DNA of 62,831 nt, filler included. It is 4 parts of 4 records of this genome, joined end to end, with 100 filler letters (N's around TTAATTAATTAA, not from the genome) between each part and the next. Parts side by side here need not be neighbours in the genome. Positions count along the whole stretch, not along the records: positions 47,673 to 54,991 come from SRR31156797_4793; positions 55,092 to 62,831 come from SRR31156797_4806; 2 more parts are not named here. One strand, written 5' to 3'. Below, one piece after another: positions 48,709 through 59,406 of this stretch; the first letter of the stretch is position 1; every line of letters begins with the position of its first letter. The position numbers were made by a program, and so were the translations under genes. Under the pieces are notes generated by a model. It did no database searches. It saw nothing but the letters and a program-made list of their open reading frames with translations, and was not told where the DNA came from.

Positions 48709-49227
48709 ATGAAAAAGACAAGAGTGTTTTTAATTGTATTGACGGCTTTGGTTTTGATCCCGGCCCTGGCCGTAGGAGCGATGTACAACAACACGGCCCC
48801 CGCTTTTACCGTCTCCTATCCCGATGATTGGGAAAAGAAGGAAGTCAAGGCAAGCGAAGTGCTGCGCGTGGTAAAGCCCGGACCTTACGGGATCCCGGTA
48901 CTCACGGTCCAGGTTGCGGACAAGAAGGCGGACGCCAAGCCTCTGGACCAGGCCGGTGAATCTTTTATGAAATCTGTTCAGGCAACCGCCCCCGGATCAA
49001 AACGCTTCAAGCTGCTGTCTGAAGAAGTGATTACGCTTCCCGGCGGAGAAAAAGCCATGGCCATTACCTTTAAATGGAATCTTAACGCAACTACGAAGCT
49101 ACAAAGCGCGGCGGTAATGGTTTACAAAGGTGAAAAAGCGGTTTCACTCGTGGGCACGACCGTACTCGGCGGATTTACATCCCCGAAAGACCTTCTTGAA
49201 ATGTGCAAGCAGATTCAGTTCAAATAA
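48709..49227 (+). CDS. Secreted hypothetical protein (PsbP/DcrB-like)
   Basis: Signal peptide and 'FTVSYPDDW'. RBS AGGAGG. Confidence 0.5.
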   Translation: MKKTRVFLIVLTALVLIPALAVGAMYNNTAPAFTVSYPDDWEKKEVKASEVLRVVKPGPYGIPVLTVQVADKKADAKPLDQAGESFMKSVQATAPGSKRFKLLSEEVITLPGGEKAMAITFKWNLNATTKLQSAAVMVYKGEKAVSLVGTTVLGGFTSPKDLLEMCKQIQFK

Positions 49228-49281
49228 GAACCGAACAGGGGGCTCCGCCCCCTTTTTCTTATACCAAGGAGATTGACGACC

Positions 49282-50835
49282 ATGAAGAGTATTTTTCGGA
49301 GAGGCGCCGTATTGTTTGCCATGGTGTTGGTATTATACATCAGCGCTGGTTCAGCTATAGCCAAAGACAAGATTCGAGTTGGTTTGCGTTACGACCCTTC
49401 GACAGTGAACATGCTGGAACTCAAGCTGGCCGCTGACATACCGGTGCTGTTGCCCATGCACACGGCTCTGATGGGACCTCACCCTGAAACCGGCGAATGG
49501 GTCAATATCCTGGCCGAATCCATCGAAATTGTCGAAGGCAAGGATCTTAAGATCAAGTTGATCGAGACAGCCAAATTCGAAGACGGAACGCCGGTCACGG
49601 CCCATGACGTCAAATGGACTTACGAACAATGCGCCGACCCTGAAAATGCCAATATTTTGGCCGGACCATTGGATGAAATCGAAGAAATCGAGGTGATCGA
49701 CGATTATAATCTCGTCATGAGGTTCTGGGAGCCGTACGCGCCCTGGCGGGAATTGATGTGGATCGGGATCTGCTCAAAAAAGTATTATGAGAAAGTCGGG
49801 CCGAAGGAATACCGGAAACGACCTCTCAGCAGCGGCGCCTTTCGACTGGTAGAACGGAAGATCGGCGAATCCGTGACTCTTGAATTTGTAGACGGCTGGC
49901 CGTCTTCGAAAATTGCGGCTTATGATGAGTTGCCGCCCCAGTTCAAACAACTGGAATTTGTGACCGTGCCTGACGACGTAACCCGGCTGGCCATGCTCGA
50001 AACCGGGGAACTGGACATGGTGTATGAAATAGCGCCTCACCAATTAAAAAGGCTGAAACGAAACAAGAATATAAAAATCAAGATTTCAGACCAGGTTCCT
50101 AGCCTTTTTGGGTTGTCCGCTTCCCCAATGACCGACCCCATTATGTCCGACCGTTATCTGGGGCTGGCCATTCGGCATGCCATCAACCGGGAAGAAATCG
50201 TTAATAAAATATTCCTTGGGCAGGGATACCCTCTGTTTCAGTTTTCCAGCCGTTCCGAACTTGGTTACGATCCGACTGTTAAATTTGATTTCGATCCTGC
50301 AAAAGCCAAGGCCTTTTTAAAGAAATCGGCTTACAATCCTGACAAAGTGCTAACCCTGACCTATACCAGCATGGTTCCAAACTCGTCCCTTGTGGCGGCC
50401 ATTATTCAGAAATACCTGAAAGACGTGGGCGTCAACACCAAGCTGCAGCAACTGGAGGAAGGAGTCGCGGCCACTTACGTCCGCAGCCGCAACCCTAAAC
50501 TGGGGCACCTGCGCCTTTACGGCTGGGCCGGCGGGAGGGATCCCAACCTCCGCTTTATGCTGGCCGTGGTAAGCGACAGCCCCTATGCCACGGTGACTAA
50601 TCGGCCAAGAAAAAAGGAAGTTGATGATCTTTGCCGGGCCCAGGCGAGAGAGACCGATCCTGAAAAGCGGAAGGACATGATCGCCAAATTACACGAAATA
50701 ATGAGATATGATTCCGTGGGAACGTTTTTGTTCGGTTTGAACATGATTTACGCCATGAATGCGGATATCGATTACACCTGGGTTCCGAACGAGGCGTCTC
50801 CGGTTCACTTGCAGAGAATCAAAGTGATTAAATAA
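49282..50835 (+). CDS. ABC substrate-binding protein family 5
   Basis: Signal peptide, 'KFEDGTPVTAHDVKWT' and 'AIRHAINREEI'. Confidence 0.88.
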   Translation: MKSIFRRGAVLFAMVLVLYISAGSAIAKDKIRVGLRYDPSTVNMLELKLAADIPVLLPMHTALMGPHPETGEWVNILAESIEIVEGKDLKIKLIETAKFEDGTPVTAHDVKWTYEQCADPENANILAGPLDEIEEIEVIDDYNLVMRFWEPYAPWRELMWIGICSKKYYEKVGPKEYRKRPLSSGAFRLVERKIGESVTLEFVDGWPSSKIAAYDELPPQFKQLEFVTVPDDVTRLAMLETGELDMVYEIAPHQLKRLKRNKNIKIKISDQVPSLFGLSASPMTDPIMSDRYLGLAIRHAINREEIVNKIFLGQGYPLFQFSSRSELGYDPTVKFDFDPAKAKAFLKKSAYNPDKVLTLTYTSMVPNSSLVAAIIQKYLKDVGVNTKLQQLEEGVAATYVRSRNPKLGHLRLYGWAGGRDPNLRFMLAVVSDSPYATVTNRPRKKEVDDLCRAQARETDPEKRKDMIAKLHEIMRYDSVGTFLFGLNMIYAMNADIDYTWVPNEASPVHLQRIKVIK

Positions 50836-50846
50836 CTCAATACATT

Positions 50847-50882
50847 TATTTCTCACCAGCTCCCTAAAGGCGGTGAGAAATG
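50847..50882 (+). terminator. Hairpin after SBP gene
   Basis: ATTTCTCACC...GGTGAGAAAT. Confidence 0.5.
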
Positions 50883-51127
50883 ATGAGGATTAACTCTATC
50901 GGTTGAATAATCTTTTATTTGTTTTGACACTTTATCATTATTCAGCTTGATATAATTTAGTCGGACTTGATAAACTGCCTGTATTTTGAAGGCGAACTGA
51001 AAAAGCTAACTACTAAAATATTTTAGTTTTTTCAAGCTGATTGCTAAAAAAAGAGATACATTAGGGCGTTCCAGCCGCTGTTCCGATAAAAACGGTCCGG
51101 AATTATTATGAATATTTGGAGGAATTA

Positions 51128-51799
51128 ATGGCCGTCCAGGACAAGATCGGGATCCGCAAGGAAAAAATCCTAAAGGCCGCGGAAACGATATTTGCTCAAA
51201 AAGGCTACCATGAGGCTACAATCTCTGACATCGCAAAATCGGCGGGCGTTTCCGAAGGTACGATTTACGAGTATTTCAATACCAAGGAAGCTCTTTTGTT
51301 TCAAATTCCGGAAAATTTGACCAGAAGGATGCGCGACGAAGCCCTGGCCAACGAAGGGCTTATCAGGGGCACGGCCAACCGCCTGCGGGCAATTGCCTAT
51401 ATTTATCTTAAGGTTTATCAGGAAAATCCGGATTACGCGGTTGTAACCCTTCTTATCCTGAGATCGAACAACAAATTCAGAGAGACGGAAGGCTGGCGCC
51501 TGATCAGGGAAAGTTTTAGGGACATATACAAAATTATCGAAACAGGTATAGCCAACGGCGAGTTCCGTGAAGATTTGAACCCTTACGTGGCTTTGTCCGT
51601 TCTCATGGGCACGGTGAACGACGTTGCGGCCAATTGGCTGATGTCTGATCGAAAGCGCAACCTGCTTGACCAGGTTGATCCTATTCTGGATACAATAATG
51701 GAAGGTATGCTGTCCCGATGCCCGCCTGATTGTCCCGCCAAGGAATGGCATTGGACAAGTTGGCAGAGAAGGAACATGTGCCGGCGGGAAAATGAGTAA
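51128..51799 (+). CDS. TetR/AcrR family regulator
   Basis: 'ILKAAETIFAQKGYHEATISDIAKSAGVSEGTIYEYF'. Confidence 0.9.
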   Translation: MAVQDKIGIRKEKILKAAETIFAQKGYHEATISDIAKSAGVSEGTIYEYFNTKEALLFQIPENLTRRMRDEALANEGLIRGTANRLRAIAYIYLKVYQENPDYAVVTLLILRSNNKFRETEGWRLIRESFRDIYKIIETGIANGEFREDLNPYVALSVLMGTVNDVAANWLMSDRKRNLLDQVDPILDTIMEGMLSRCPPDCPAKEWHWTSWQRRNMCRRENE

Positions 51800-52071
51800 C
51801 GCCCTGTCGGCGTAAACTTTTTTATTTCTATAAGAAAACCACGTCCTTTGGGCGTGGATTATTTATTTTTTCATGTGTATTTGGTTTATTTCCACATTTT
51901 CTGGCTATGCAATTGCCGAAGCTGAGGATGAGTAATATAAGGCCCCCCCTGTAAGCTTTATCCACAGCCTTGAATTTCAGAAAAATATGCTTGTTCATTT
52001 TTCTGCTATATTCAGATACGATCAATTGTCTGTTAGCTGTATATGATGAAGGCATGGAGAGGAGAACCGAT

Positions 52072-52968
52072 ATGACTGATTACTCAAGCGGCGTCGCCTA
52101 TGTCGATGGACAAATTGTTCCCATCGCCGAAGCTAAAATCTCGATTCTTGACTGGGGCTTTCTCCATTCGGACGCAACCTACGATGTCGCTCACGTATGG
52201 AAAGGTAAGTTCTTCCGGCTCGAAGATCACCTGGATCGCTTTTCAAGGGGCATGGAAAAACTGCGCATGTCTATTCCATACAACCGCGAAGATTTGTGCT
52301 CCATTTTAGCCGACTGTGTTAGGATGAGCGGTCTTCGAGAAGCCTATGTGGAAATGATCTGCACGCGGGGGAAGCCAAAGCCGGGGTCGCGCGATCCCAG
52401 GGAGTGCACAAATCAGTTTTTAGCCTTTGCGATTCCGTTCGTATGGATCGCGAACCCTGAAAAGCAAAAAGAAGGATTGCATCTGATTATCAGCCGTCGC
52501 CGGCGAATACCTCCTGAATCGGTCGATCCCACAGTCAAGAATTACCACTGGCTTGATCTGGTGATGGGGCTGTTCGAAGCATACGATCGCGGTGGAGAAA
52601 CAACCGTTGTAGTTGATGCGGAAGGTAATCTTGTCGAGGGGCCCGGCTTTAATATCTTTGCTGTAAAAGGGCGCACAATAAAGACGCCGGCGCAAGGAGT
52701 GCTCGAGGGTGTTACGCGCAAAACAGCCATTGAACTGGCGACTGATTCCGGTTTCGAAGTCATTCAAGGCGACCTTTCCAAAGACGAAACCCTCTCCGCG
52801 GATGAAGTATTTATCACCAGCACTGCCGGCGGCATTATGCCGATTACTAAAATTGACGGGCAAGACATCGGTTCGGGCGCTCCCGGGGCGGTTACGAGCG
52901 AGTTGCAGGACAGGTATTGGAAGCTGCACGACGATCCAGACTTTACGTTTGAAATTAAATATATTTAA
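52072..52968 (+). CDS. Fold-type IV aminotransferase, probable (R)-selective amine transaminase
   Basis: 'LDWGFLHSDATYDV', 'HLDRF', 'AYVEM', 'VKNYHWLDL', 'EGPGFN' and 'TSTAGG'. Confidence 0.8.
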   Translation: MTDYSSGVAYVDGQIVPIAEAKISILDWGFLHSDATYDVAHVWKGKFFRLEDHLDRFSRGMEKLRMSIPYNREDLCSILADCVRMSGLREAYVEMICTRGKPKPGSRDPRECTNQFLAFAIPFVWIANPEKQKEGLHLIISRRRRIPPESVDPTVKNYHWLDLVMGLFEAYDRGGETTVVVDAEGNLVEGPGFNIFAVKGRTIKTPAQGVLEGVTRKTAIELATDSGFEVIQGDLSKDETLSADEVFITSTAGGIMPITKIDGQDIGSGAPGAVTSELQDRYWKLHDDPDFTFEIKYI

Positions 52969-53188
52969 AAAGAACCAAAACTCGTTCCGATAATAATTTC
53001 ACCAAAAGGTTTAATGATAACCGGTCTGTATCATTGGCTTTTCTTTCTCTGCCCCCTTCCCTCAATAAGTTCAATTTACCAGGCTCTGAAGTGAAAATCC
53101 GTGTAAATGTAATATAATTATCTTAAAAGCACAAAAGCTTCGCCCTGGCATATACCTAAGCCTGATCAACAATGATTGGAGCGCCAAT

Positions 53189-54991
53189 ATGGCTGACAAC
53201 ATTAATGATTCCAAGGCAAACCTGCTTATTGTCGAGGACGAGGTGGTTATTGCCGCCGATTTGGAGAGCCGCCTGAAAAGTATAGGCTACACTATAATCG
53301 GCATGGCGACATCAGCGGACAAGGCTCTGGAACTCGTCGAAAAACATCGGCCCGACCTGATTATGATGGACATTGTCTTACATGGGGAGATGGATGGGAT
53401 CGAGGCTGCAGAGATCATAAGAGACAAATGGGGCATCCCGGTGATCTTTCTGACCGCTTATGCGGACACTGAAAGACTAGAGCGTGCAAAACTGACTTAT
53501 CCTTTTGGCTATATACTCAAACCGTTCCATGACAGGGACCTGAAGATTACATTGGAAATGGCGCTTTATGCGGCTAAGGTGGATGCAAAAAGGAGAAGAG
53601 CCGAGGAAGAGTTAAACCGTATTTTTCTGCTAAACCCCGGCATGATATGCGTCGCCCATGCCGATGGTTATTTTAAGCGTGTCAATCCGGCTTTCGAAAG
53701 GACTCTTGGATACACGACAGAAGAAATTCTATCAAAACCTTTTATGGACTTCATCCATCCTGATGACCGTGAATCAACGATTATTGAAGTGTCAAAACAA
53801 GTTGCGGGTATGTCGACGATTGATTTTGTAAATCGATATATCTGTAAAGATGGTTCAATTAAATGGTTGGAGTGGATAGCTACGCCGGCCGGAGAAGATG
53901 GACATTTATATGCCGCGGCCAGAGATATCACCGATCGAAAAAAAGCCGAAGAGGCGCTTCTGGAAAATGAAGAAAAATACCGGCAGGTTGTCTCTAAAAC
54001 CATGGATGCCATAATGTTATTCGATTCGGAGACTCGGCGGTTTATTGATGTTAATGAAGCTTGCATCGAATTATATGGATATAGCCGGGAAGAATTTTTT
54101 GCCATGAAGCAAAGCGATATTACTGCTGAGCCGGAAAAATCAGATGAGACTATCAAACTGGCCATTAGCGGGAAAATCGGAAGAATACCGATAAGATATC
54201 ATAGGAAAAAAGATGGGACAATATTTCCGGTCGAGATTTCAGCCAGCTCTTTTGTTCAAAAAGGCCGAGTCGTATTGTGTGGAATTGTCAGGGATATTAC
54301 CGCCCTTAAGCTGGACGAAGAGGAACTGAGGCAGAGCGAGGAAAAATTTCGATGCCTGATAGAAGGATCTATCCAGGGAATCCTTATTCACAGGGAGCAC
54401 GAGCCGCTTTTCGCCAATGAGGCATGGGCCTCGATACACGGGTACACGCTTGAAGAAGTCTTGAGTATGGATTCTGTAGTCCCCCTGATATCACCCCGGG
54501 ATCAAAAACGTATGATTGAATATAAAACTGTTCGTATGCGAGGGGATGACGCCCCGTTTCGATACGAATACCAGGGTGTGAGAAAAGACGGATCGCTAAT
54601 CTGGCTTGAAAACAGAGTTATGATGGTTCAATGGAATGAGGAGCCGGCCATACAATCCATTATTGTAGATATAACGGACAGGAAGCAGGCCGAGGCAGAT
54701 TTACAGCAGCATATGTATGAACTTGACGAGCGGATTAAGGAACTTAATTGCCTGTACGGCATATCCGAACTGGTCGAAACGCCGGGTATTGCATTAGAGG
54801 AAATATTGCAAGGGACGGTTGATCTTATTCCTGCTTCCTGGCGGCTCCCGGATATCACTTGCGCCCGTTTAACCATCAATGGCGTGGAATTTAAAACCGC
54901 CAACTTTAAAGACTGCGAAACCAGGCAGGTCAGTGACATTTATTTACATCGGGAAAGAGTCGGTTTGCTTGAAGTAGCCTATTTGGAAAAA
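53189..54991 (+). CDS. REC + multi-PAS signalling protein, 3'-truncated
   Basis: 'LIVEDE', 'IMMDI' and 'ILKPF', then three PAS/PAC repeats. Runs into the linker. Confidence 0.85.
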
Positions 54992-55091
54992 NNNNNNNNN
55001 NNNNNNNNNNNNNNNNNNNNNNNNNNNNNNNNNNNTTAATTAATTAANNNNNNNNNNNNNNNNNNNNNNNNNNNNNNNNNNNNNNNNNNNN
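54992..55091. other. Artificial contig linker
   Basis: N-run with TTAATTAATTAA. Confidence 0.97.
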
Positions 55092-55151
55092 TGTACCAAT
55101 AAGAAACTAAAACTTATATATATTTGTTGATTTTAAAGTTTAAAACAATAA

Positions 55152-55191
55152 AAAATTGCCTCTTTAAGTTTAATACTTAAAGAGGCAATTT
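55152..55191 (-). terminator. Terminator after HMA gene
   Basis: AAATTGCCTCTTTAAGT...ACTTAAAGAGGCAATTT. Confidence 0.6.
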
Positions 55192-55246
55192 AATTTCAAA
55201 TACATCCTAACGTAGGCGAATAGGGGATTAAAATATTTTATTACTT

Positions 55247-55462
55247 CTAAATTTCTTCAATCTCAACCAAGTCATATCCGGCATCATCTACTGCTTCTGT
55301 AAGATGATAATCATCTATTTCTCTTGATAATTTAACGGTTGCACTTCCTTTTCTCAAATCAACTTCTGCATAAGATACTGCTGTTAATTCTTCTAAAGCT
55401 TGTTTTACTTGAATAGCGCAATTTTCTGAAACCATTCCTCTGATATCCAATATTTTTTTCAT
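55247..55462 (-). CDS. Heavy-metal-associated (CopZ-like) protein with SxxC motif
   Basis: Start refined to ATG 55462 after GGAGG. 'IRGMVSENCAIQVKQAL' and 'AVDDAGY'. Confidence 0.75.
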   Translation of the reverse strand: MKKILDIRGMVSENCAIQVKQALEELTAVSYAEVDLRKGSATVKLSREIDDYHLTEAVDDAGYDLVEIEEI

Positions 55463-55605
55463 TATTAATCCCTCCGAGTATCCCCTACATTCTACTACTA
55501 TTATAGTCCTGTTCACTTTTATAAAACAACATTTAATTTCATATTTAATAATAAATATCAAAAAACTATTGATTTTTGCATTACTATGAAATATAATTAA
55601 AATAT

Positions 55606-55627
55606 AAATCAAACGATCGTTTGATTT
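55606..55627. promoter_or_regulatory. Perfect 22-bp palindrome, likely TetR operator
   Basis: AAATCAAACGATCGTTTGATTT upstream of the OM protein/MMPL operon. Confidence 0.65.
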
Positions 55628-55676
55628 GTTGTGAAAAGTTTTTAAATATTTTAATAATAAATTTTTTAACGAAAGG

Positions 55677-56939
55677 ATGAGTAAAATGAGATTTAAAATC
55701 ATTTTGACAGGATTATTTGCAGTTTTATCCACGATGCTATTTTCATCAGAAGGCCTCTTTGACAGTGCTTTAGATGGAGAGGGTAGTTTATTTGAAGATT
55801 CATTGAGTTCTGATGAATCAAAAGATGATCAGTTTTTGCAAAATTACAGACTAAACGGTCTATTGAAAACTGGTGTTTATTTAAATAAAGATATGGATGA
55901 AACTAATGACAGTTATTTCGTAAGTGCACTCAAATTAGAGAGTGATATAAGTGATGAAGGTAAAGCTTATACTGATTTACGATTTGAAGACAGGAAATTA
56001 GAGGATGAAGCCTACCTGAGAGAGGGTTACATTGATATTTATCAAGATAAACTCGATATCAGGTTAGGTAAACAAATCGTTGTCTGGGGAAGAGCTGATG
56101 CGCTAAACCCAACTGATAATATCAATCCAAAAGATAGAACAATATATTCACCTGATGTAGATGAAACTAGAATTGCTAATTTTATGTTAAAAGCTAATTA
56201 TGATCTTTATCCTTATAATGTTGAAGTTATCATAATTCCTGATTACACTCCTTCAGAAGTACCTATTGAACTTAGTTATGCTGATTATGACAATAAAAGT
56301 GCTATTGCCTTAAAATTAACATATGAGTATCCGAAAATCGACGGTTCATTCTCATATTATCAAGGTTATTCAACTACTCCCGGAGTAACTTTCTCCAATT
56401 ATACAGTTTCTCTAAAGCCATATGAATATAAAGTTATTGGATTTGATTTTGCTACTACTTTTGGAAAATACGGCTTTAGAAATGAATTTGCATATAAGCA
56501 AACAAATGATTACGAAGAGAGTGACTATACTCCAAATCCTGAAATGTCATATATAGCGGGACTTGATAGAGAGCTTTTTAAAGATTTTAGTCTCAATATT
56601 CAATATCACATTAAATATGTCAGTGATTTTACAGAAGATAAAACATCTACCGAAGAACAAACTGCTATTGTAAATCAACAGACAGAAGAAGTTCAAAATA
56701 CAATAATTTATAGAATATCATATGACCTTATGTATGAAACTTTACAGCTTGAAAATTTAGCAAGTTATAACTTAGATAGCAAAGAGTTTTATACCAAACT
56801 TGAATCAGAATATGATATAGCAGACTCATTTGTTTTTATACTTGGTGTGGATTATTTTAATGGTGATGAGGATACTTTAACCAGAAAAATTGAAGATTTA
56901 AAAACAACAATATATTCAGAACTTAAGATTGAATTTTAA
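55677..56939 (+). CDS. Outer-membrane beta-barrel (DUF1302-like)
   Basis: Signal peptide, 'LGKQIVVWGRAD..NPTD' and a terminal Phe ('LKIEF'). The start may be 55686. Confidence 0.65.
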   Translation: MSKMRFKIILTGLFAVLSTMLFSSEGLFDSALDGEGSLFEDSLSSDESKDDQFLQNYRLNGLLKTGVYLNKDMDETNDSYFVSALKLESDISDEGKAYTDLRFEDRKLEDEAYLREGYIDIYQDKLDIRLGKQIVVWGRADALNPTDNINPKDRTIYSPDVDETRIANFMLKANYDLYPYNVEVIIIPDYTPSEVPIELSYADYDNKSAIALKLTYEYPKIDGSFSYYQGYSTTPGVTFSNYTVSLKPYEYKVIGFDFATTFGKYGFRNEFAYKQTNDYEESDYTPNPEMSYIAGLDRELFKDFSLNIQYHIKYVSDFTEDKTSTEEQTAIVNQQTEEVQNTIIYRISYDLMYETLQLENLASYNLDSKEFYTKLESEYDIADSFVFILGVDYFNGDEDTLTRKIEDLKTTIYSELKIEF

Positions 56940-56956
56940 GCAGATTGGGAGGAAAA

Positions 56957-57085
56957 ATGGATAATAAAATCGATGGTAAAAACTTAATTGCATTATTTCT
57001 TTTTAATGACTGGTTAATTCCACAATCACTTGAAACTGATGAAAACAAAGAAGATACTCTAAAAGAGATAAAAGAAACTATATAA
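56957..57085 (+). CDS. Small ORF (42 aa), not in the ORF track
   Basis: GGGAGG RBS, then MDNKIDGKNLIALFLFNDWLIPQSLETDENKEDTLKEIKETI*. Confidence 0.45.
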   Translation: MDNKIDGKNLIALFLFNDWLIPQSLETDENKEDTLKEIKETI

Positions 57086-57143
57086 ATTTTATATAAAATA
57101 AATAAAGCTGAAAATGTATAATTTTCAGAAAGGAGTTAAAAAA

Positions 57144-59399
57144 ATGTTATCAAAATTAACTAATTTTTCAATAAAATTTAGGTGGATTGTTATAGTCACT
57201 TTCTTTGCTATAGCTATTATATTTGCATCACGATTACCAAAACTGGAGATTGATACTGCACTTAAGAGTATGCTGCCAAATCATATGCCTGCAAAAATAA
57301 GATCAGATAAAATCGAAGAGATGTTTGGTGGAACAGAAGTTGTCGTTGTAAGTTTGGACACTGATACTATCTTAAAAAAATCTACACTCCAAAGAATAAA
57401 AAAACTATCAAAAGGATTTAACAAACTTGAGGGTGTCGATAGAATAATGAGTTTATCTGATACAAATGATATCAGAGCAAAAAACGGTGAATTGCAAGTT
57501 ACCGGCTTTCTCAGAAGAATTCCTAGAAATGAAAAAGCAATGGAAACTCTAAAAAATTATATCATGGATAATGAATCGATCTATGGAACCCTTGTTGCAA
57601 AAGATTTCTCGGCAGTTGCTATAACAGTTATTTTGAAGCCAAATGTCAGAGATGAGCAAATAATAGCAGGAATACAAGAAGTTTTGGATGAAAATCCGGG
57701 TGATGAAACTGTTCATATTGCCGGCCTACCGTATATTAGGAGTTTGACCAGTAAATATATGAAAAGTGATATGAGGAGATTTATGCCCATTGGATTTGCA
57801 ATTATGCTTATATTTTTATATATCTGCTTTAGAGAGATGAAAGGAGTTTTGCTTCCATTCTTTGCTGTAGTTCTCTCGATTTTAGTAGCAATGGGAAGTA
57901 TCTATTTCTTTGGGTGGAAAGTTCAGCTTGTTACAGTGCTTCTTCCTGTTATACTTATAGCTATCGCTAATGATTATGGAATTCATCTAATCAGTGAATA
58001 TCAAATGATCGTAAGAAGAAATCCTGATATGAAGCAAGCAGATGTTATAAGAGAAGTTATGAAAAGCCTAAGCGGCCCTGTAGTTGTAGCAGGACTTACA
58101 ACTATTATTGGTATGTTATGTCTGTTATCTCACTTAATAGTTCCGGCTAAACAACTGGGAATTCTCGCAGCAATTGGTATAACATTTGCCCTTGCAGCCA
58201 GCTTAATGTTGATCCCGGCAATATTATCATTTATGCCAAAATCAAAATTTAAGCTAAAAAACCAAAACAAAATTAGTTTCACTGAAACTTTATTGGGATA
58301 TGGAGCTAAATACCTTACAGCTTATCCAAAAAAAATATTAATCTTTACAATCATATTACTAAGTGCACTGGCAATTGGAGTAAAAGATATAATTATTGAT
58401 ACAAACCCTATAAATTATTTTAGCAGAACTTCCCCAATAGTTGTCTCTGATAATCTTATAAATGAAAAATTTGGAGGCTCTACAACTATATCCATAGTAG
58501 CGAGCGGAAATATGAAAGATGTAGAAATTGTTCAAAAAATTGCTGATTTAGATGAAACTCTTGAGGCAAGACCAAAAACAGGTGCTGTAGCAAGTATAAG
58601 TGATATTCTTAAAAAAATGAATAAATCATTGAATGATAATGATGAAAATTATGATAAAATTCCTGATACCTCAAGAGGAATTGCTGAATATTATCTCTTA
58701 TACTCAATGACAGGTGATCCTGAAGATTTGGAAAAACTAATAGATTTTAATTATGAAAACGTATTAATAACAGAGAGAATCTCCTCTGCAAGTGCTAAAA
58801 CAATCACGGCAGAATTAGAAGCTATAAATAATGAGATAGCAAAAGATCCTAATTCACCATTTAAAATTGTTGGTGGGTTTGGGGATATCTTGGCAGAACT
58901 GGTAACAGCGGTAGTAAATGGACAACTTATTAGTTTGTTTACTTCTTTAATCGTTGTTGGGATCACAGTTGCACTATTTTTCAGAGCTCCTATCGCCGGA
59001 TTATTATGCAGTGTTCCGATAGCTTTTGCTTTAATAATACTGTTTGGATTAATGGGATATACAGGAATCGAGTTAAATGTTATAACAGCGCTTCTTACAT
59101 CAATAATGATAGGTGTAGGAGTGGACTACAGTATTCATTTCCTATGGAGATTCAAGAAACTGAAAGGGCTGGGCTATGATGATAGTGAAGCAGCTACAAG
59201 AACATTAACTTCAATTGGACGAGGTATTATCTTCAATGCTTTATCAGTAATAATAGGATTTACAGCTCTAACTGTGTCTAACTTCATGCCGATTAGATTC
59301 TTCGGATTATTAATAATTATCTCAATATCTGCATGTCTGTTTGCTGCACTATTTATACTGCCTGCTTTATGTATCGTGTTTAAGCCGTTTAAAAACTAA
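57144..59399 (+). CDS. MMPL/RND family transporter
   Basis: Two RND halves with 'IANDYGIH' and 'GVGVDYSIH'. RBS AAGGAG. Confidence 0.9.
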   Translation: MLSKLTNFSIKFRWIVIVTFFAIAIIFASRLPKLEIDTALKSMLPNHMPAKIRSDKIEEMFGGTEVVVVSLDTDTILKKSTLQRIKKLSKGFNKLEGVDRIMSLSDTNDIRAKNGELQVTGFLRRIPRNEKAMETLKNYIMDNESIYGTLVAKDFSAVAITVILKPNVRDEQIIAGIQEVLDENPGDETVHIAGLPYIRSLTSKYMKSDMRRFMPIGFAIMLIFLYICFREMKGVLLPFFAVVLSILVAMGSIYFFGWKVQLVTVLLPVILIAIANDYGIHLISEYQMIVRRNPDMKQADVIREVMKSLSGPVVVAGLTTIIGMLCLLSHLIVPAKQLGILAAIGITFALAASLMLIPAILSFMPKSKFKLKNQNKISFTETLLGYGAKYLTAYPKKILIFTIILLSALAIGVKDIIIDTNPINYFSRTSPIVVSDNLINEKFGGSTTISIVASGNMKDVEIVQKIADLDETLEARPKTGAVASISDILKKMNKSLNDNDENYDKIPDTSRGIAEYYLLYSMTGDPEDLEKLIDFNYENVLITERISSASAKTITAELEAINNEIAKDPNSPFKIVGGFGDILAELVTAVVNGQLISLFTSLIVVGITVALFFRAPIAGLLCSVPIAFALIILFGLMGYTGIELNVITALLTSIMIGVGVDYSIHFLWRFKKLKGLGYDDSEAATRTLTSIGRGIIFNALSVIIGFTALTVSNFMPIRFFGLLIIISISACLFAALFILPALCIVFKPFKN

Positions 59400-59406
59400 A
59401 AACCCA

